A stretch of DNA of 64,000 nucleotides. Origin: Nitrospirota bacterium. GTDB taxonomy: Bacteria > Nitrospirota > Thermodesulfovibrionia > Thermodesulfovibrionales > UBA1546. A model generated the notes under the pieces. That model saw only the letters and a program-made list of their open reading frames with translations. It was not told where the DNA came from and searched no databases. A program made the translations under genes and the position numbers. The stretch is from the NCBI GenBank assembly GCA_016208915.1, contig JACQXE010000037.1:4905-68904 (forward strand). The letters run 5' to 3'. Positions 36,808 through 47,000 of the stretch are shown here, one piece after another; position 1 is the stretch's first letter, and each line of letters opens with the position of its first letter.

Positions 36808-37833
36808 ATGCGCGTAGTAATGTATTACAACAATAATGATGTGCGGATTGAGGAGATGCCGGTGCCGAAGATCGGCAGGGGCGAGTTATTGGTAAAAGTG
36901 ATGGCAAGCGGTATATGCGGCAGTGATGTGCTGGAATGGTATCGGATTAAGAAGGCTCCAAGGGTGTTGGGGCATGAGATTGCAGGAGAGATTGTTGAGG
37001 TAGGCGAGGATGTTAAGAATTACAAAAAAGGCGACAGGGTATTTGTCTCACATCATGTCCCATGTAATACCTGTCATTATTGTTTAAATGGCTATCACAC
37101 TGCATGCGAGACATTGCACAGGACGAATTATGACCCCGGTGGGTTTGCAGAGTATCTCCGCGTGCCCGAGATCAATGTTGACAGGGGAATTTACCTATTG
37201 CCTGAGAATATGTCCTATGAAGAAGGGACTTTTATCGAACCTCTGGCATGTGTTCTCCGTGGACAGAGGGTTGCGAATCTGAAACCAGGCCAGACTGTGC
37301 TTGTGATAGGAAGCGGTATTTCCGGACTTCTCCATATCAATTTAGCGCGTGCTTTAAGAGCAGGGAAGATAATCGCTACTGATGTTCATGAGTATCGCCT
37401 GAAAGCAGCATCAAGATTTGGTGCAGATTTCACTATTCATGCAGAGGAAAATGTTTCTGAACGCGTGAAGGAATTGAATGACGGGCGTTTGGCTGATTGC
37501 GTGATTGTATGCACAGGCGCAATCCCTGCAATGGAACAGGCACTTCAGTCTGTCGATAAGGGCGGGACTATTTTATTCTTTGCAGTTCCTGAACCTGGGA
37601 TAAATCTCTCTATCCCGATAAATGATTTCTGGCGGAATGAGATAAAGATGGTGACCTCTTATGGCGCTGCGCCTTCTGACCTTGCAAGTGCGCTCGAACT
37701 TATCCATGCGCAAAGGGTAAATGTGAAGGATATGATTACTCATAAATTAAGCATGGCCGAGGCAGGACTTGGGTTCAGACTTGTTGCTGAGGCAAAGGAG
37801 TCGATCAAGGTTATCATTGAGCCTTGGAGGTAG
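36808..37833 (+). CDS. zinc-dependent medium-chain alcohol/threonine dehydrogenase family protein
   Basis: GICGSDV..., GHEIAGEIVEVG, structural-Zn Cys cluster CNTCHYCLNGYHTAC, and GSGISGLL. ATG 36808 has an AGAGGAG SD. Confidence 0.85.
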   Translation: MRVVMYYNNNDVRIEEMPVPKIGRGELLVKVMASGICGSDVLEWYRIKKAPRVLGHEIAGEIVEVGEDVKNYKKGDRVFVSHHVPCNTCHYCLNGYHTACETLHRTNYDPGGFAEYLRVPEINVDRGIYLLPENMSYEEGTFIEPLACVLRGQRVANLKPGQTVLVIGSGISGLLHINLARALRAGKIIATDVHEYRLKAASRFGADFTIHAEENVSERVKELNDGRLADCVIVCTGAIPAMEQALQSVDKGGTILFFAVPEPGINLSIPINDFWRNEIKMVTSYGAAPSDLASALELIHAQRVNVKDMITHKLSMAEAGLGFRLVAEAKESIKVIIEPWR

Positions 37834-37891
37834 AGGATTAGACAAGCATATCAGGATTCAAAAGTTTTCAGTGCGAGAAGAACAGACATTT

Positions 37892-37934
37892 CTCAAAAAT
37901 TTCTTTAACTCGATAGATTATTGAGAGTATCTTG
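37892..37934. repeat. 43-nt conserved intergenic motif, copy 1
   Basis: ctcaaaaatttctttaactcgatagattattgagagtatctt. It is near-identical to 41253..41294. Confidence 0.75.
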
Positions 37935-38083
37935 ATTTGTTATACTCGATAATAATGTTTCGGAAGTCATCACTGAGAGGTACACTAAGGTATCGAAAAA
38001 TAAATTTTTTCTAAACGTCTGTTCTTCCATTAGAGCAATGGATGGTATTTAAGCGGATTTTTTCTAAAAAATATCAATGGCGC

Positions 38084-39646
38084 TCAAAAGCTAATCTCCA
38101 TTCCCTTATCAATGCTGTAGATAGGATATATCTGATAGTTTTTTATTGAAGGCTGTCTCAGTGTGTAATCTGTCTTATGCCAGAAGAAGACCCATGGCGC
38201 ATCATCAACAATGATCCTCTCTGCCTTTTCATAAAAAGCATCTCTCTCTTTCAGAGTGCGTGCATGCTGTCCATTCTCGATGAAAGCATCTGCTTCAGGA
38301 TTTTTATATCTTGCCCTGTTTCCTGCTGGACCTAAATTCGATGAATGAAAGAGGGGGAAGAGAAAGTTCTCAGGGTCAGAATAATCAGCCCACCAACTCA
38401 GCCAGAACATATCAGTCTCGCCCTTATTGATTGCATCTTTGTATGCGCTCCATTCGAGTTGTTTGATATTTGCCTTAATCCCCACTTCTTTCAGATATGA
38501 TTGTATAACCTCAGCAATATCAACTACCTCATTATCTGCAGTTATGTAGAAATTCACTTCAAGGCCGTTCGGATATCCTGCTGTTTTTATCATATCCTTT
38601 GCCTTTGCAGGATTATATTCGTACAATTCAGGCGCCTTCCATTTTCTCAAAATATCAGGCACAGGTCCTGATGCAAGTCTTCCCCTGCCTTCATAGATGG
38701 TTTTTAAAATTTTCTCTCTGTCAATCGCATAGCTCACTGCCTTCCTGAGTGTTGGATTATCAAATGGTTTTTTTGAGCAGTTCAGTCCAAGATAGTAGAT
38801 GTTTATGCCATGGATAGAGGATATGTAGTCTTTCCATTTTTCATCTTTTTTAAATCGTGCGAATGCAGATGAGGGGATTGTGATGACATCCAGATTCCCA
38901 AGTTCGAATTCTGTTATCGTGGTGAGGTCTTCAAGGATTATCTTGTAAATAATCCCTTTTGTCTTTGGCTGCTCGTCAAAATAATCTGTCCGCGCATCGA
39001 GCTGAAGTTCTCTGTTAGGAAGCCAGTGCCGGAGTATGAATGGACCTGTGCCAACAGGGTGAGATGAAAAGTCCACGCCCCATTTTTTTACCGCATCTTC
39101 TGGTACAACATACGCAGCGGTCATGGTGAGGAGATTGAGAAAGGGTGAGAAAGGTTGCTCAAGGGTTATCTCAAGGACATAATCACTGATTACTCTGATG
39201 CCCAAGACATCTCCTGCCTTGCCATCCATGAATTCCCTTGCACCTTTTATCTTGTCGAACACCCATGTATTCGGAGACCTCGTTGTCGGATCAAGAATTC
39301 TCTCGAATGAATATTTAAAATCTTTGGCCTTAACCTCTGTATTGTTAGAGAATCTTATGTTCTTCTTTAATTCAAATCTATATACAAGCCCATTTTTTGA
39401 AATCTCCCATTTTGATGCTATATCAGGGATAACGCTTAAATCCTTATCCAGACGGACAAGTCCATTGAAGAGCTTTGCTGATAATAAGCCTCCGGTGACA
39501 TCTACGATGAGTGCAGGGTCTAATGTTGTGGGGTTTGTATTTAGGCGGTAGTAAATATATTCGCTGAGACGATTATGGGAAGAGCAAGCAAGCAGAAAGA
39601 GCAAGAGGATATGCAAGAAAAGCATTCGTCTAAAGAAGTAGGACAT
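38084..39646 (-). CDS. ABC transporter substrate-binding protein, family 5 (peptide/nickel type), lipoprotein
   Basis: Start chosen at MSYFFRRMLFLHILLLFLLACSS (lipobox LLAC). The body is typical of DppA/OppA-like SBPs. Confidence 0.8.
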   Translation of the reverse strand: MSYFFRRMLFLHILLLFLLACSSHNRLSEYIYYRLNTNPTTLDPALIVDVTGGLLSAKLFNGLVRLDKDLSVIPDIASKWEISKNGLVYRFELKKNIRFSNNTEVKAKDFKYSFERILDPTTRSPNTWVFDKIKGAREFMDGKAGDVLGIRVISDYVLEITLEQPFSPFLNLLTMTAAYVVPEDAVKKWGVDFSSHPVGTGPFILRHWLPNRELQLDARTDYFDEQPKTKGIIYKIILEDLTTITEFELGNLDVITIPSSAFARFKKDEKWKDYISSIHGINIYYLGLNCSKKPFDNPTLRKAVSYAIDREKILKTIYEGRGRLASGPVPDILRKWKAPELYEYNPAKAKDMIKTAGYPNGLEVNFYITADNEVVDIAEVIQSYLKEVGIKANIKQLEWSAYKDAINKGETDMFWLSWWADYSDPENFLFPLFHSSNLGPAGNRARYKNPEADAFIENGQHARTLKERDAFYEKAERIIVDDAPWVFFWHKTDYTLRQPSIKNYQIYPIYSIDKGMEISF

Positions 39647-39773
39647 AATGTTTGAACGGTTTTTTTGCCTGCAATTCCTACAGTACATATTAGATAATAA
39701 AAGCGAGCAAAACCTCGGAGGTCGGAACGACCGATAATGAGTGAAAACATTATATCTTACCTCTTTCTTTGAT

Positions 39774-39965
39774 TTATTGTTCATCTGTTTTAGACTTTTC
39801 TTCTTTTTTCTCTTCTTCTGCTTCTTCTCCTGGAATCTTATATTCTTCAAGCACCCATTTACCGAGGTCTGTGAGTTTGCATCTTTCAGAACAGAACGGT
39901 CTCCACGGATTTTCCTCCCATGTGGTTGTATTTTTGCATATCGGACATTTTATTTTCATGCCCAT
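39774..39965 (-). CDS. yacG: DNA gyrase inhibitor YacG (zinc finger)
   Basis: CPICKNTTTWEENPWRPFCSERCKLTDLGKW. Confidence 0.85.
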   Translation of the reverse strand: MGMKIKCPICKNTTTWEENPWRPFCSERCKLTDLGKWVLEEYKIPGEEAEEEKKEEKSKTDEQ

Positions 39966-40081
39966 ATTTTAGCTTATTCGTTTGTTAATATAAACTTCCA
40001 ATTATTTTATTTTTTCTGCTAAAATGTACTCCTACAACCAGTTGAATGCTTAGTGCTGATAGCTATTTAACGGAGGCGAAA

Positions 40082-41230
40082 ATGGATTACTTTTTAAATG
40101 AAGACCAGATTATGATAAGAGACCTTGCAAGGCAGATTGCAGAGGAAAAAATCGTCCCTGTGAGAAGGGAACTTGATGAAAAAGAGGAATTCCCATGGGA
40201 GATAATGAAGGTCATTGCACAATCAGACCTTTTTGGACTTTTTATTCCGGAGGAATACGGAGGTCTCGGCAAGGGGAGCCTTGAACTCTGCATTGCTGTT
40301 GAAGAGATTTCCAGAGCATGTCTTGGTGTCTCGACAACGTATGCTGCAAATGCACTTGGCGCCTATCCAATTCTCCTTTTTGGTTCTGATAGCCAGAAGA
40401 AAAAATACCTTCCTGACATTGCATCAGGAAAACGATTAGTTGCCTTTGGTCTTACTGAGGCAAATGCCGGAAGCGATGCAGCAGGCATTCAGACAACTGC
40501 AAAACTTGAAGGGAATAAATATGTCCTGAACGGAACGAAACAGTGGATAACGAATGGCGGTGAGGCTGAGATTTACACAATAATCGCAATGACTGATAAA
40601 ACAAAAGGTGCAAGGGGAGCGTCTGCCTTTATAGTTGAAAAGGGAACTCCCGGCTTTACATTCGGGAAGAAGGAAGAAAAGATGGGCATACGGGCATCAT
40701 CCACAAGCGAACTCATATTCGAGAACTGCAGAATCCCCAAGGAGAATCTTATCTCCAAAGAGGGCATGGGATTTATAGTCGCAATGAAGACGCTTGATAA
40801 TTCGAGGGCAGGCGTTGGTTCTCAGGGTGTCGGGGTAGCGCAGGGCGCTCTTGAAGAGGCATTAAAATTTGCAAAAAAGAGGATTCAGTTCGGACATCCT
40901 ATTATCACATTTCAGGCAGTTCAGCACATGCTTGCAGATATGGCAACCGAGATAGAGGCTGCGAGAGCATTGGTTTATTCTGTTGCACGGTATATAGACA
41001 GCGGAGCAAAGGAAATCACCAAGGAATCTGCCATGGCAAAAGTCTATGCAACAGATGTTGCGATGCGGGTTACAACGAATGCTGTTCAGGTTATGGGAGG
41101 CTCAGGATATATGAGGGAGTATCCTGTTGAGAAGATGATGAGGGATGCAAAAATTCTCCAGATATATGAAGGGACAAACCAGATTCAGAGGAATGTCATA
41201 GGACAGGAATTGATAAAGAAACAAAAATAA
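40082..41230 (+). CDS. acyl-CoA dehydrogenase (short/butyryl-CoA type)
   Basis: MDYFLNEDQIMIRDLARQIAEEKI...GLTEANAGSDAAG...QIYEGTNQIQR. A GGAGG SD precedes ATG 40082. Confidence 0.9.
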   Translation: MDYFLNEDQIMIRDLARQIAEEKIVPVRRELDEKEEFPWEIMKVIAQSDLFGLFIPEEYGGLGKGSLELCIAVEEISRACLGVSTTYAANALGAYPILLFGSDSQKKKYLPDIASGKRLVAFGLTEANAGSDAAGIQTTAKLEGNKYVLNGTKQWITNGGEAEIYTIIAMTDKTKGARGASAFIVEKGTPGFTFGKKEEKMGIRASSTSELIFENCRIPKENLISKEGMGFIVAMKTLDNSRAGVGSQGVGVAQGALEEALKFAKKRIQFGHPIITFQAVQHMLADMATEIEAARALVYSVARYIDSGAKEITKESAMAKVYATDVAMRVTTNAVQVMGGSGYMREYPVEKMMRDAKILQIYEGTNQIQRNVIGQELIKKQK

Positions 41231-41252
41231 ACCGTGCTAAAGGTAAAGGTTG

Positions 41253-41294
41253 CTCACAAATTTATTTAACTCGATAGATTATTGAAGTTATCTT
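41253..41294. repeat. 43-nt conserved intergenic motif, copy 2
   Basis: ctcacaaatttatttaactcgatagattattgaagttatctt. Confidence 0.75.
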
Positions 41295-42211
41295 TAGAAT
41301 TTAAATTCTGATTTTACAATCTTGTCGTTTTCATCAAATATGACCCGTGCAGTAAAATGATCTCCAGGCATAAAAGAATAAGCGAGTTCTTTCCATACGA
41401 CAATTGTTCTGTGTTTTTCTTTTTTTATCTCCGAATAAGGATATTTTGCGAAGTAGAGAAAATTTTTGACTATATCTGTCTCTTTTGAACTCTCAATCAA
41501 TGGATCTTTGTCTGATACAGTATATGTTTCCTGAATGCATACCCTTTTTGTAAATAAATCAGCAAAGCCGACCTTTATCTCATTTCCTGATTTTGCAATA
41601 AACCACCATCTCAGAAAATCATTCGGCAAAGGACACATCTTATAAATATTGGCATCTATCTTTGTTTTGAGAAAGTCTTTTGTGACATTACGAAGATAAT
41701 ATCTGCCACCTATATATCCCAATAGGATGATAATTGTGAGGCTTGAAATGATAACAGCTTTTTTCCTGTTTGAAAGACAGAGAATCACGCATAGCAGAAG
41801 CCCTATTGATATGTAAGGATCTATGATAAAGGTAAGATCTAATGAATATGGATTCCAGTCCAATGGCGAGAGAATCCTTGTGCCATACTGGTTTGTTAGA
41901 TCCATCAAAAGGTGCGCCCCGTAGCCTAAGAAAGACATAAAATAATAGTAGAAAAAGCCTTTTCTTAAGCCGAAGATAATGGCTATTATCAATGGCACAA
42001 GGAAGAGGGCGAGGATTCCATGCGTTATCCCGCGATGATATCTTAGAAATATGTCTGTTCCCCAGAATCGCGTTATATAGTCAAAATCAGGCGCAATGGA
42101 TGATAGCAGTAGTGCCCATAAGGCTGCTTTTCTTTTGAATCCGAGTTGTGCAATAGTTATACCTGCAAGGCTATGGGTTATTGGATCCACTACAATACCT
42201 CCAGATTCCAT
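41294..42211 (-). CDS. membrane-bound metal-dependent hydrolase (YdjM/DUF457-like)
   Basis: DPITHSLAGITIAQLGF..., multiple TM segments with conserved His residues. Confidence 0.65.
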   Translation of the reverse strand: MESGGIVVDPITHSLAGITIAQLGFKRKAALWALLLSSIAPDFDYITRFWGTDIFLRYHRGITHGILALFLVPLIIAIIFGLRKGFFYYYFMSFLGYGAHLLMDLTNQYGTRILSPLDWNPYSLDLTFIIDPYISIGLLLCVILCLSNRKKAVIISSLTIIILLGYIGGRYYLRNVTKDFLKTKIDANIYKMCPLPNDFLRWWFIAKSGNEIKVGFADLFTKRVCIQETYTVSDKDPLIESSKETDIVKNFLYFAKYPYSEIKKEKHRTIVVWKELAYSFMPGDHFTARVIFDENDKIVKSEFKF

Positions 42212-43383
42212 TCTTCAAGAGATTTTTTTATCGGGTTTATATCCTTTTTTTCATCTATGGCTTTTTTTATCTTTTTCCAGCCATCAATATTACCATAAAG
42301 TATGCAGCCCACGATATTATTGTCTTTTATGACAAGCTTTCTATATGTAAAAATTTCCCTGTCCTTTTGTATCACTGTTTCTAATTTTCCCTCAGCATCT
42401 GTGTCCCCTGCAGAGATAAGGTTTATGCCGGCTATCTTTAAGACATTAGACGGCGTCGTGCCTTTATATAATGCATTTCCTCCAGCCATATTTATCCCTG
42501 CTATTTCACCCTGCTTTTCTGCTGCAGGCCAGATGCCATAAAAAATTCCCCTGTGTTCTGTCAAGTCTCCTGCTGCATAGATATCCTGAAACCCTGTTCC
42601 CATTTTGTCACTTACCTGTACGCCTTTGTTGAGCTGAAGTCCTAAATTTTCAGATAGCTTTGCATTTGATTTAACGCCTGCAGATATTATTACCATGTCG
42701 CAGTCAAGCGATGCGCCGTCTTCGAGCTTTATACCCTTGACCTTATCGTTGCCCATTATCTCTCTTGTCGTTGCATTGAGATAAAATGTGAAACCCATTT
42801 TTTCCATCTGTGCCTTAAGTAGATCAGCGCCATCCTTATCCATCTGACGCGGAAGGAGACTTGGGAAGTATTCAACCACAGTTATTTGATGTCCTGTCTT
42901 TCTCAGACTATTTCCTGTTTCAAGGCCAAGAACTCCTCCGCCTATGAGCAAAACCTTTTTTGAATTTTCAGCATAATTTTTTATCGCAATAGCATCCTTA
43001 AGTGTCCTTAAGACAAATACTCCCTGTTTATCAAAACCGGGTATTGGTGGGACAAACGAAAGACCGCCTGTGGCGATGAGGAGCTTATCATATATCAATC
43101 TATGACCGGAAGAGATGACAATCTCTTTTTTCTTATTTTCGATCTCAGAGACATGCGTATTAAGAAGCAACTTTATGTTATTTCTTTCGTACCATGAGTT
43201 CTTATAGATGACGAGCCCGTTTTCATCCGCCTCTCCGCTTATTAATTCCATAAGCCTTATGCGGCTGTAAAACGGATATGACTCATCAGAGAGTATGGTT
43301 ATCTCACCCTCTTTATCTGTCTTCCTTATATTGGCTGCTGCTGTCGTGCCTGCAACACCGTTGCCTATGATGACATATTTCAT
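42190..43383 (-). CDS. NAD(P)/FAD-dependent pyridine nucleotide-disulfide oxidoreductase
   Basis: MKYVIIGNGVAGTTAA (FAD GxGxxG), LLIGGGVLGLE (NAD site), and AAGDL. Confidence 0.8.
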   Translation of the reverse strand: MKYVIIGNGVAGTTAAANIRKTDKEGEITILSDESYPFYSRIRLMELISGEADENGLVIYKNSWYERNNIKLLLNTHVSEIENKKKEIVISSGHRLIYDKLLIATGGLSFVPPIPGFDKQGVFVLRTLKDAIAIKNYAENSKKVLLIGGGVLGLETGNSLRKTGHQITVVEYFPSLLPRQMDKDGADLLKAQMEKMGFTFYLNATTREIMGNDKVKGIKLEDGASLDCDMVIISAGVKSNAKLSENLGLQLNKGVQVSDKMGTGFQDIYAAGDLTEHRGIFYGIWPAAEKQGEIAGINMAGGNALYKGTTPSNVLKIAGINLISAGDTDAEGKLETVIQKDREIFTYRKLVIKDNNIVGCILYGNIDGWKKIKKAIDEKKDINPIKKSLEEWNLEVL

Positions 43384-43421
43384 AGTGAGATCTTATTCTC
43401 AGTGTATTTGCAATAGCAATA

Positions 43422-43539
43422 GCAGGATATAGCATTTTCTCTCATTCTCGCTACGCTCCGAGGTATTTTGCCTCTTGATTATCTTATTTATACTGTCTGA
43501 ATATCGGCAAAATAATGCCGCTCAAATACCATATCCTGC
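43422..43539. repeat. 118-bp MITE-like element with ~16-bp terminal inverted repeats, copy 1
   Basis: gcaggatatagcatttt...aaataccatatcctgc. About 85 percent identical by eye to 61482..61595. Confidence 0.8.
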
Positions 43540-43548
43540 TTGCTTTTT

Positions 43549-43992
43549 CTATTTCCTACTCTCAAGCATTATCGTCACAGGACCGTCGTTAATAAGTTTG
43601 ACCTGCATATAAGCGCCGAAGTCACCTGAGGCAACTTTTATCCCTGTATTTTTTAATTCTTCGATGAAATTTAGATACATTTCTTTTGCTTTTTCCGGCT
43701 CTTCTGCATTGTCGAAGGAAGGCCTATTGCCTTTTCTACAGTCTGCAGCGAGTGTGAACTGAGAAACTACCAATGCCTCACCTTTTATATCCTGCACAGA
43801 GAGGTTCATCTTGCCATCAGAGTCTTCAAAGATTCTCAGGTTCGAAATCTTTTTTATCAGGTAGTCACGTTCTTTGAGTGTATCGCCTTTTTCAACACCG
43901 AGGAAAATGAGAATGCCTTTTTTTACTGAGCCGATGGTCTTACTTGTTACTTCAACGGAAGCGTTCGAGACTCTCTGTATGAGTGCTTTCAT
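43549..43992 (-). CDS. dtd: D-aminoacyl-tRNA deacylase
   Basis: [15 protein letters not shown]...[11 protein letters not shown]...[18 protein letters not shown]. Confidence 0.92.
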   Translation of the reverse strand: MKALIQRVSNASVEVTSKTIGSVKKGILIFLGVEKGDTLKERDYLIKKISNLRIFEDSDGKMNLSVQDIKGEALVVSQFTLAADCRKGNRPSFDNAEEPEKAKEMYLNFIEELKNTGIKVASGDFGAYMQVKLINDGPVTIMLESRK

Positions 43993-44013
43993 AGTATTTT
44001 TAGAACTCTTTAT

Positions 44014-47000
44014 CTATGGAAACTCAATGATTTCTTTTTCAATATCTGGATATATACTATCTATTTTTTCCTGAATCTCTATTGTCTTTTTCAGAGCAGT
44101 AACGACCCTGCAATAATGCTCTACTTCCTCTACAGACAGTTTTCTCCCTTTTCTGTCTTTCAGCCATTTGTTGCAGACCTGATAACCACCGACCTGATAT
44201 TCCCAGATTTCCTGAGAGATACCTTCGAAATACTGTGTTTGATTGATGTAAATGCGACCAAATCCCCCCTCGCCCCCCTTTGCAAAAGGGGGGATGGGGG
44301 GATTTTCATATCTCAATTTTTCAACCTTGTCATCCCCCTTGCCCTGAAAACGTGCTATAGGCGGGTCAAGTTCTGAGGCTTTCAGGAGATGCAGTTCAAC
44401 AAGCCTTTCGCCGTAATCGGTCATTTTCTTGAAAAGCTTGTAGTCATTTGTGAATGGAATCCTCGGGAAGTCTATTTTTAGAAATTCAGCATATTTTGTC
44501 CTGTAGCTGTTTGAGTAAAGCACGGCGTAGATGTAATAAAAGATTTCTTCAGGAGACGACGCCTTCTTGAATGCCTTTGACAATTTCTCCAGCAATAAAG
44601 GAGATAGATTCGACTTTTTTATCCCATATTCTGCCTCTGGCTCAAAAAGCATCATGATGTTTGTTAGAGAACGCTTTTTAGATTTTTCTTTCCGTTCTTG
44701 GTATATGTAGAGTGGAAAATTTACATTTCCACCACGATAAAACAGATTAAAATCTTCTATGTGGTTAGAACAGAAAACAATGTTCCAGAGTTTTTCTAAG
44801 CCTACTACCTGTCCAGCTCTTCCAACACACAAACTTAAATTATCTTTTATCATATGTTGCATGACTTCTTTGCGTGAACGTTCTATGACGGCATCGTGAT
44901 AAAAAATCCACTGTTCATCAAACGGGCGATAGAGGATTTTTGTAATTGCTTGTTCCCATTCTTCATCTTTCATAATGATTTCTCTTGCATTCTTTAACTT
45001 CCAGTTGGATTTATCGTTAAGCTTATAAGTCTGTCGAATGATTTCATCGGGCATTCTTTTGTCTCTGAATTGCATTATTCTTCTTTTTAAGGCATTCCTG
45101 TCTGAATCAATCACAAAATTATCTCTCGATGTGACTATGCCAACGCTATTTACAGGAAAAATATCAGTGATTTTAGGATACGTTTCATATTGTTTTAAAA
45201 GACCTTCATCTCTTGGAATAAAAAGATAGAACTCGGATTTAGGTTTAATCGTTTTCCATTTTGTTGTCTTGATATCGTGTTTATTTAGCCAATCATATTT
45301 GTCTTCTCTTATACCCCAGAGTTCAGAATGGGAAATCTTACACCTCTCTTTTGTTGTCATGCCGGCTTGTCCGGCATCCTTCTTTAAGAAAGATTCCCGA
45401 CGAGCGGGAATGACAGAAGTACCGCCTTTTTTCTTGATAAACAGAGCAATAGCAACACCTTGCTGAATATCAAAGACGTTCTCATCCTTAGAGCCATCAG
45501 GACACTTTTCTTTTTTAAGACTGTTGCCGTGAAGGTCGAGCAGATAAATCTCGTCAAAACTCTGCATCAAAGACTGGCGCATGCCTCTGAAAGTAGGATT
45601 GTCAAGATAACTGTGGTTTGTTATAAAGCCTAAAACCCCTTCGCCTGCCTGATCAATCTTCCACTGTGCAAAACGGATAAACTTCACATAATCATCCTGA
45701 AGCCATTTTGGATTTTTCTCGCCAAGCGGTTTCCCGTCAACCTGAAAATAAGTTTTAATCTCTTTTGATATCCAGTCGCCAATGTTAGAGGAATGACCTG
45801 AGTATGGCGGATTGCCGAGTATAATAAGAATTGGCTGCTCTTTTTTAACCTTTCCAGCCAGATGCGATTCCTCTGAAAGGGAAACCATTCCGGGCAGTTC
45901 GGTCTGAGCAAGTTCTTCCATCTCAAGTGTGTTGGTTAAGTAAAGCTTGAACCTGTCGTCTGCCTGAAGTTTATAGCCAAGTTCTTCCAGAAGAAACGAC
46001 ATCTTTAAATGGCCGATTGCATAAGGCGCCATCATGAGTTCAAAGGCATAAAAATTTTTGAGAATATGCTCCTTGATAAAACCTTTTCTTTTCCCTTCAC
46101 CATATTTAGAAGTGAATTCCTCAACTGCGAGTTTTGCTGCCTCGGCAAGAAAGGTGAGCGTTCCTGCCGCAGGGTCAAGGACTGTTACCGATTGACTCGC
46201 AAAACCATCCTTTTTATCAAAGTGTTCTTTTAAAATGTGGTGCAGAGAACGGACAATGTAAGAGACAACCGGCTCTGGCGTGTAATAAACGCCTCTTTTT
46301 TCTCTTGTTTTTGGATCATATTCAGCAAGAAAGGTCTCATAAAAATGGACAACTGGATCTTTCCCTTTGTGCTTGCTGAAGTATTCATCGAGAATATTGT
46401 AAACATCGGTGGTAGCCAGAACTTCGGAAATATCGTCAATAATCCATTCCATCTGCTGGGGCAGTTCTCCCAAAGAAATGAATTTAAAAACATCCCTTAG
46501 AATTCCGATTGTCTTTGGAATCCTGTCATAAGCAAGCTTTCTGTTAAAGCCGTTTTCCGTTATGGTTCTCGCGGCGAACAGCCCATAAGTGATGGTCTGC
46601 GAATAAAGGTCTGCAAAGTCTTCTTTTGTAAGCCCGCTTATAAGGTGCTCTTTAAAGACTTTATAAAAACCGAGAATATTCCCCTTGCCCTTTTTCTCTT
46701 CTTCTTCCAGTTCCTGCGAGATTACTTCATCCTTTAAAAAACGCGTCCTCTTTGCAAGTTCTGTTGCCAGATTTTTAGCATCATAGACTTTTGGCAGGGA
46801 AAAGGAAAAGAATTTCTCAAACAGATTTAGAAACTTCTGCTCATTTTCAACAAGAGGAACGGATTTGAGTTTGTGGATATGGTACGGCCTGCCGACGAGA
46901 ACCTTATCTATCAAAACGCCGCTGCGGTAAAGTCTGAATTCAAAGAAGTTGGTCAGCAGCAAATTTGGGAAAATATTCAAATAGCGCTTTAACTGACCCG

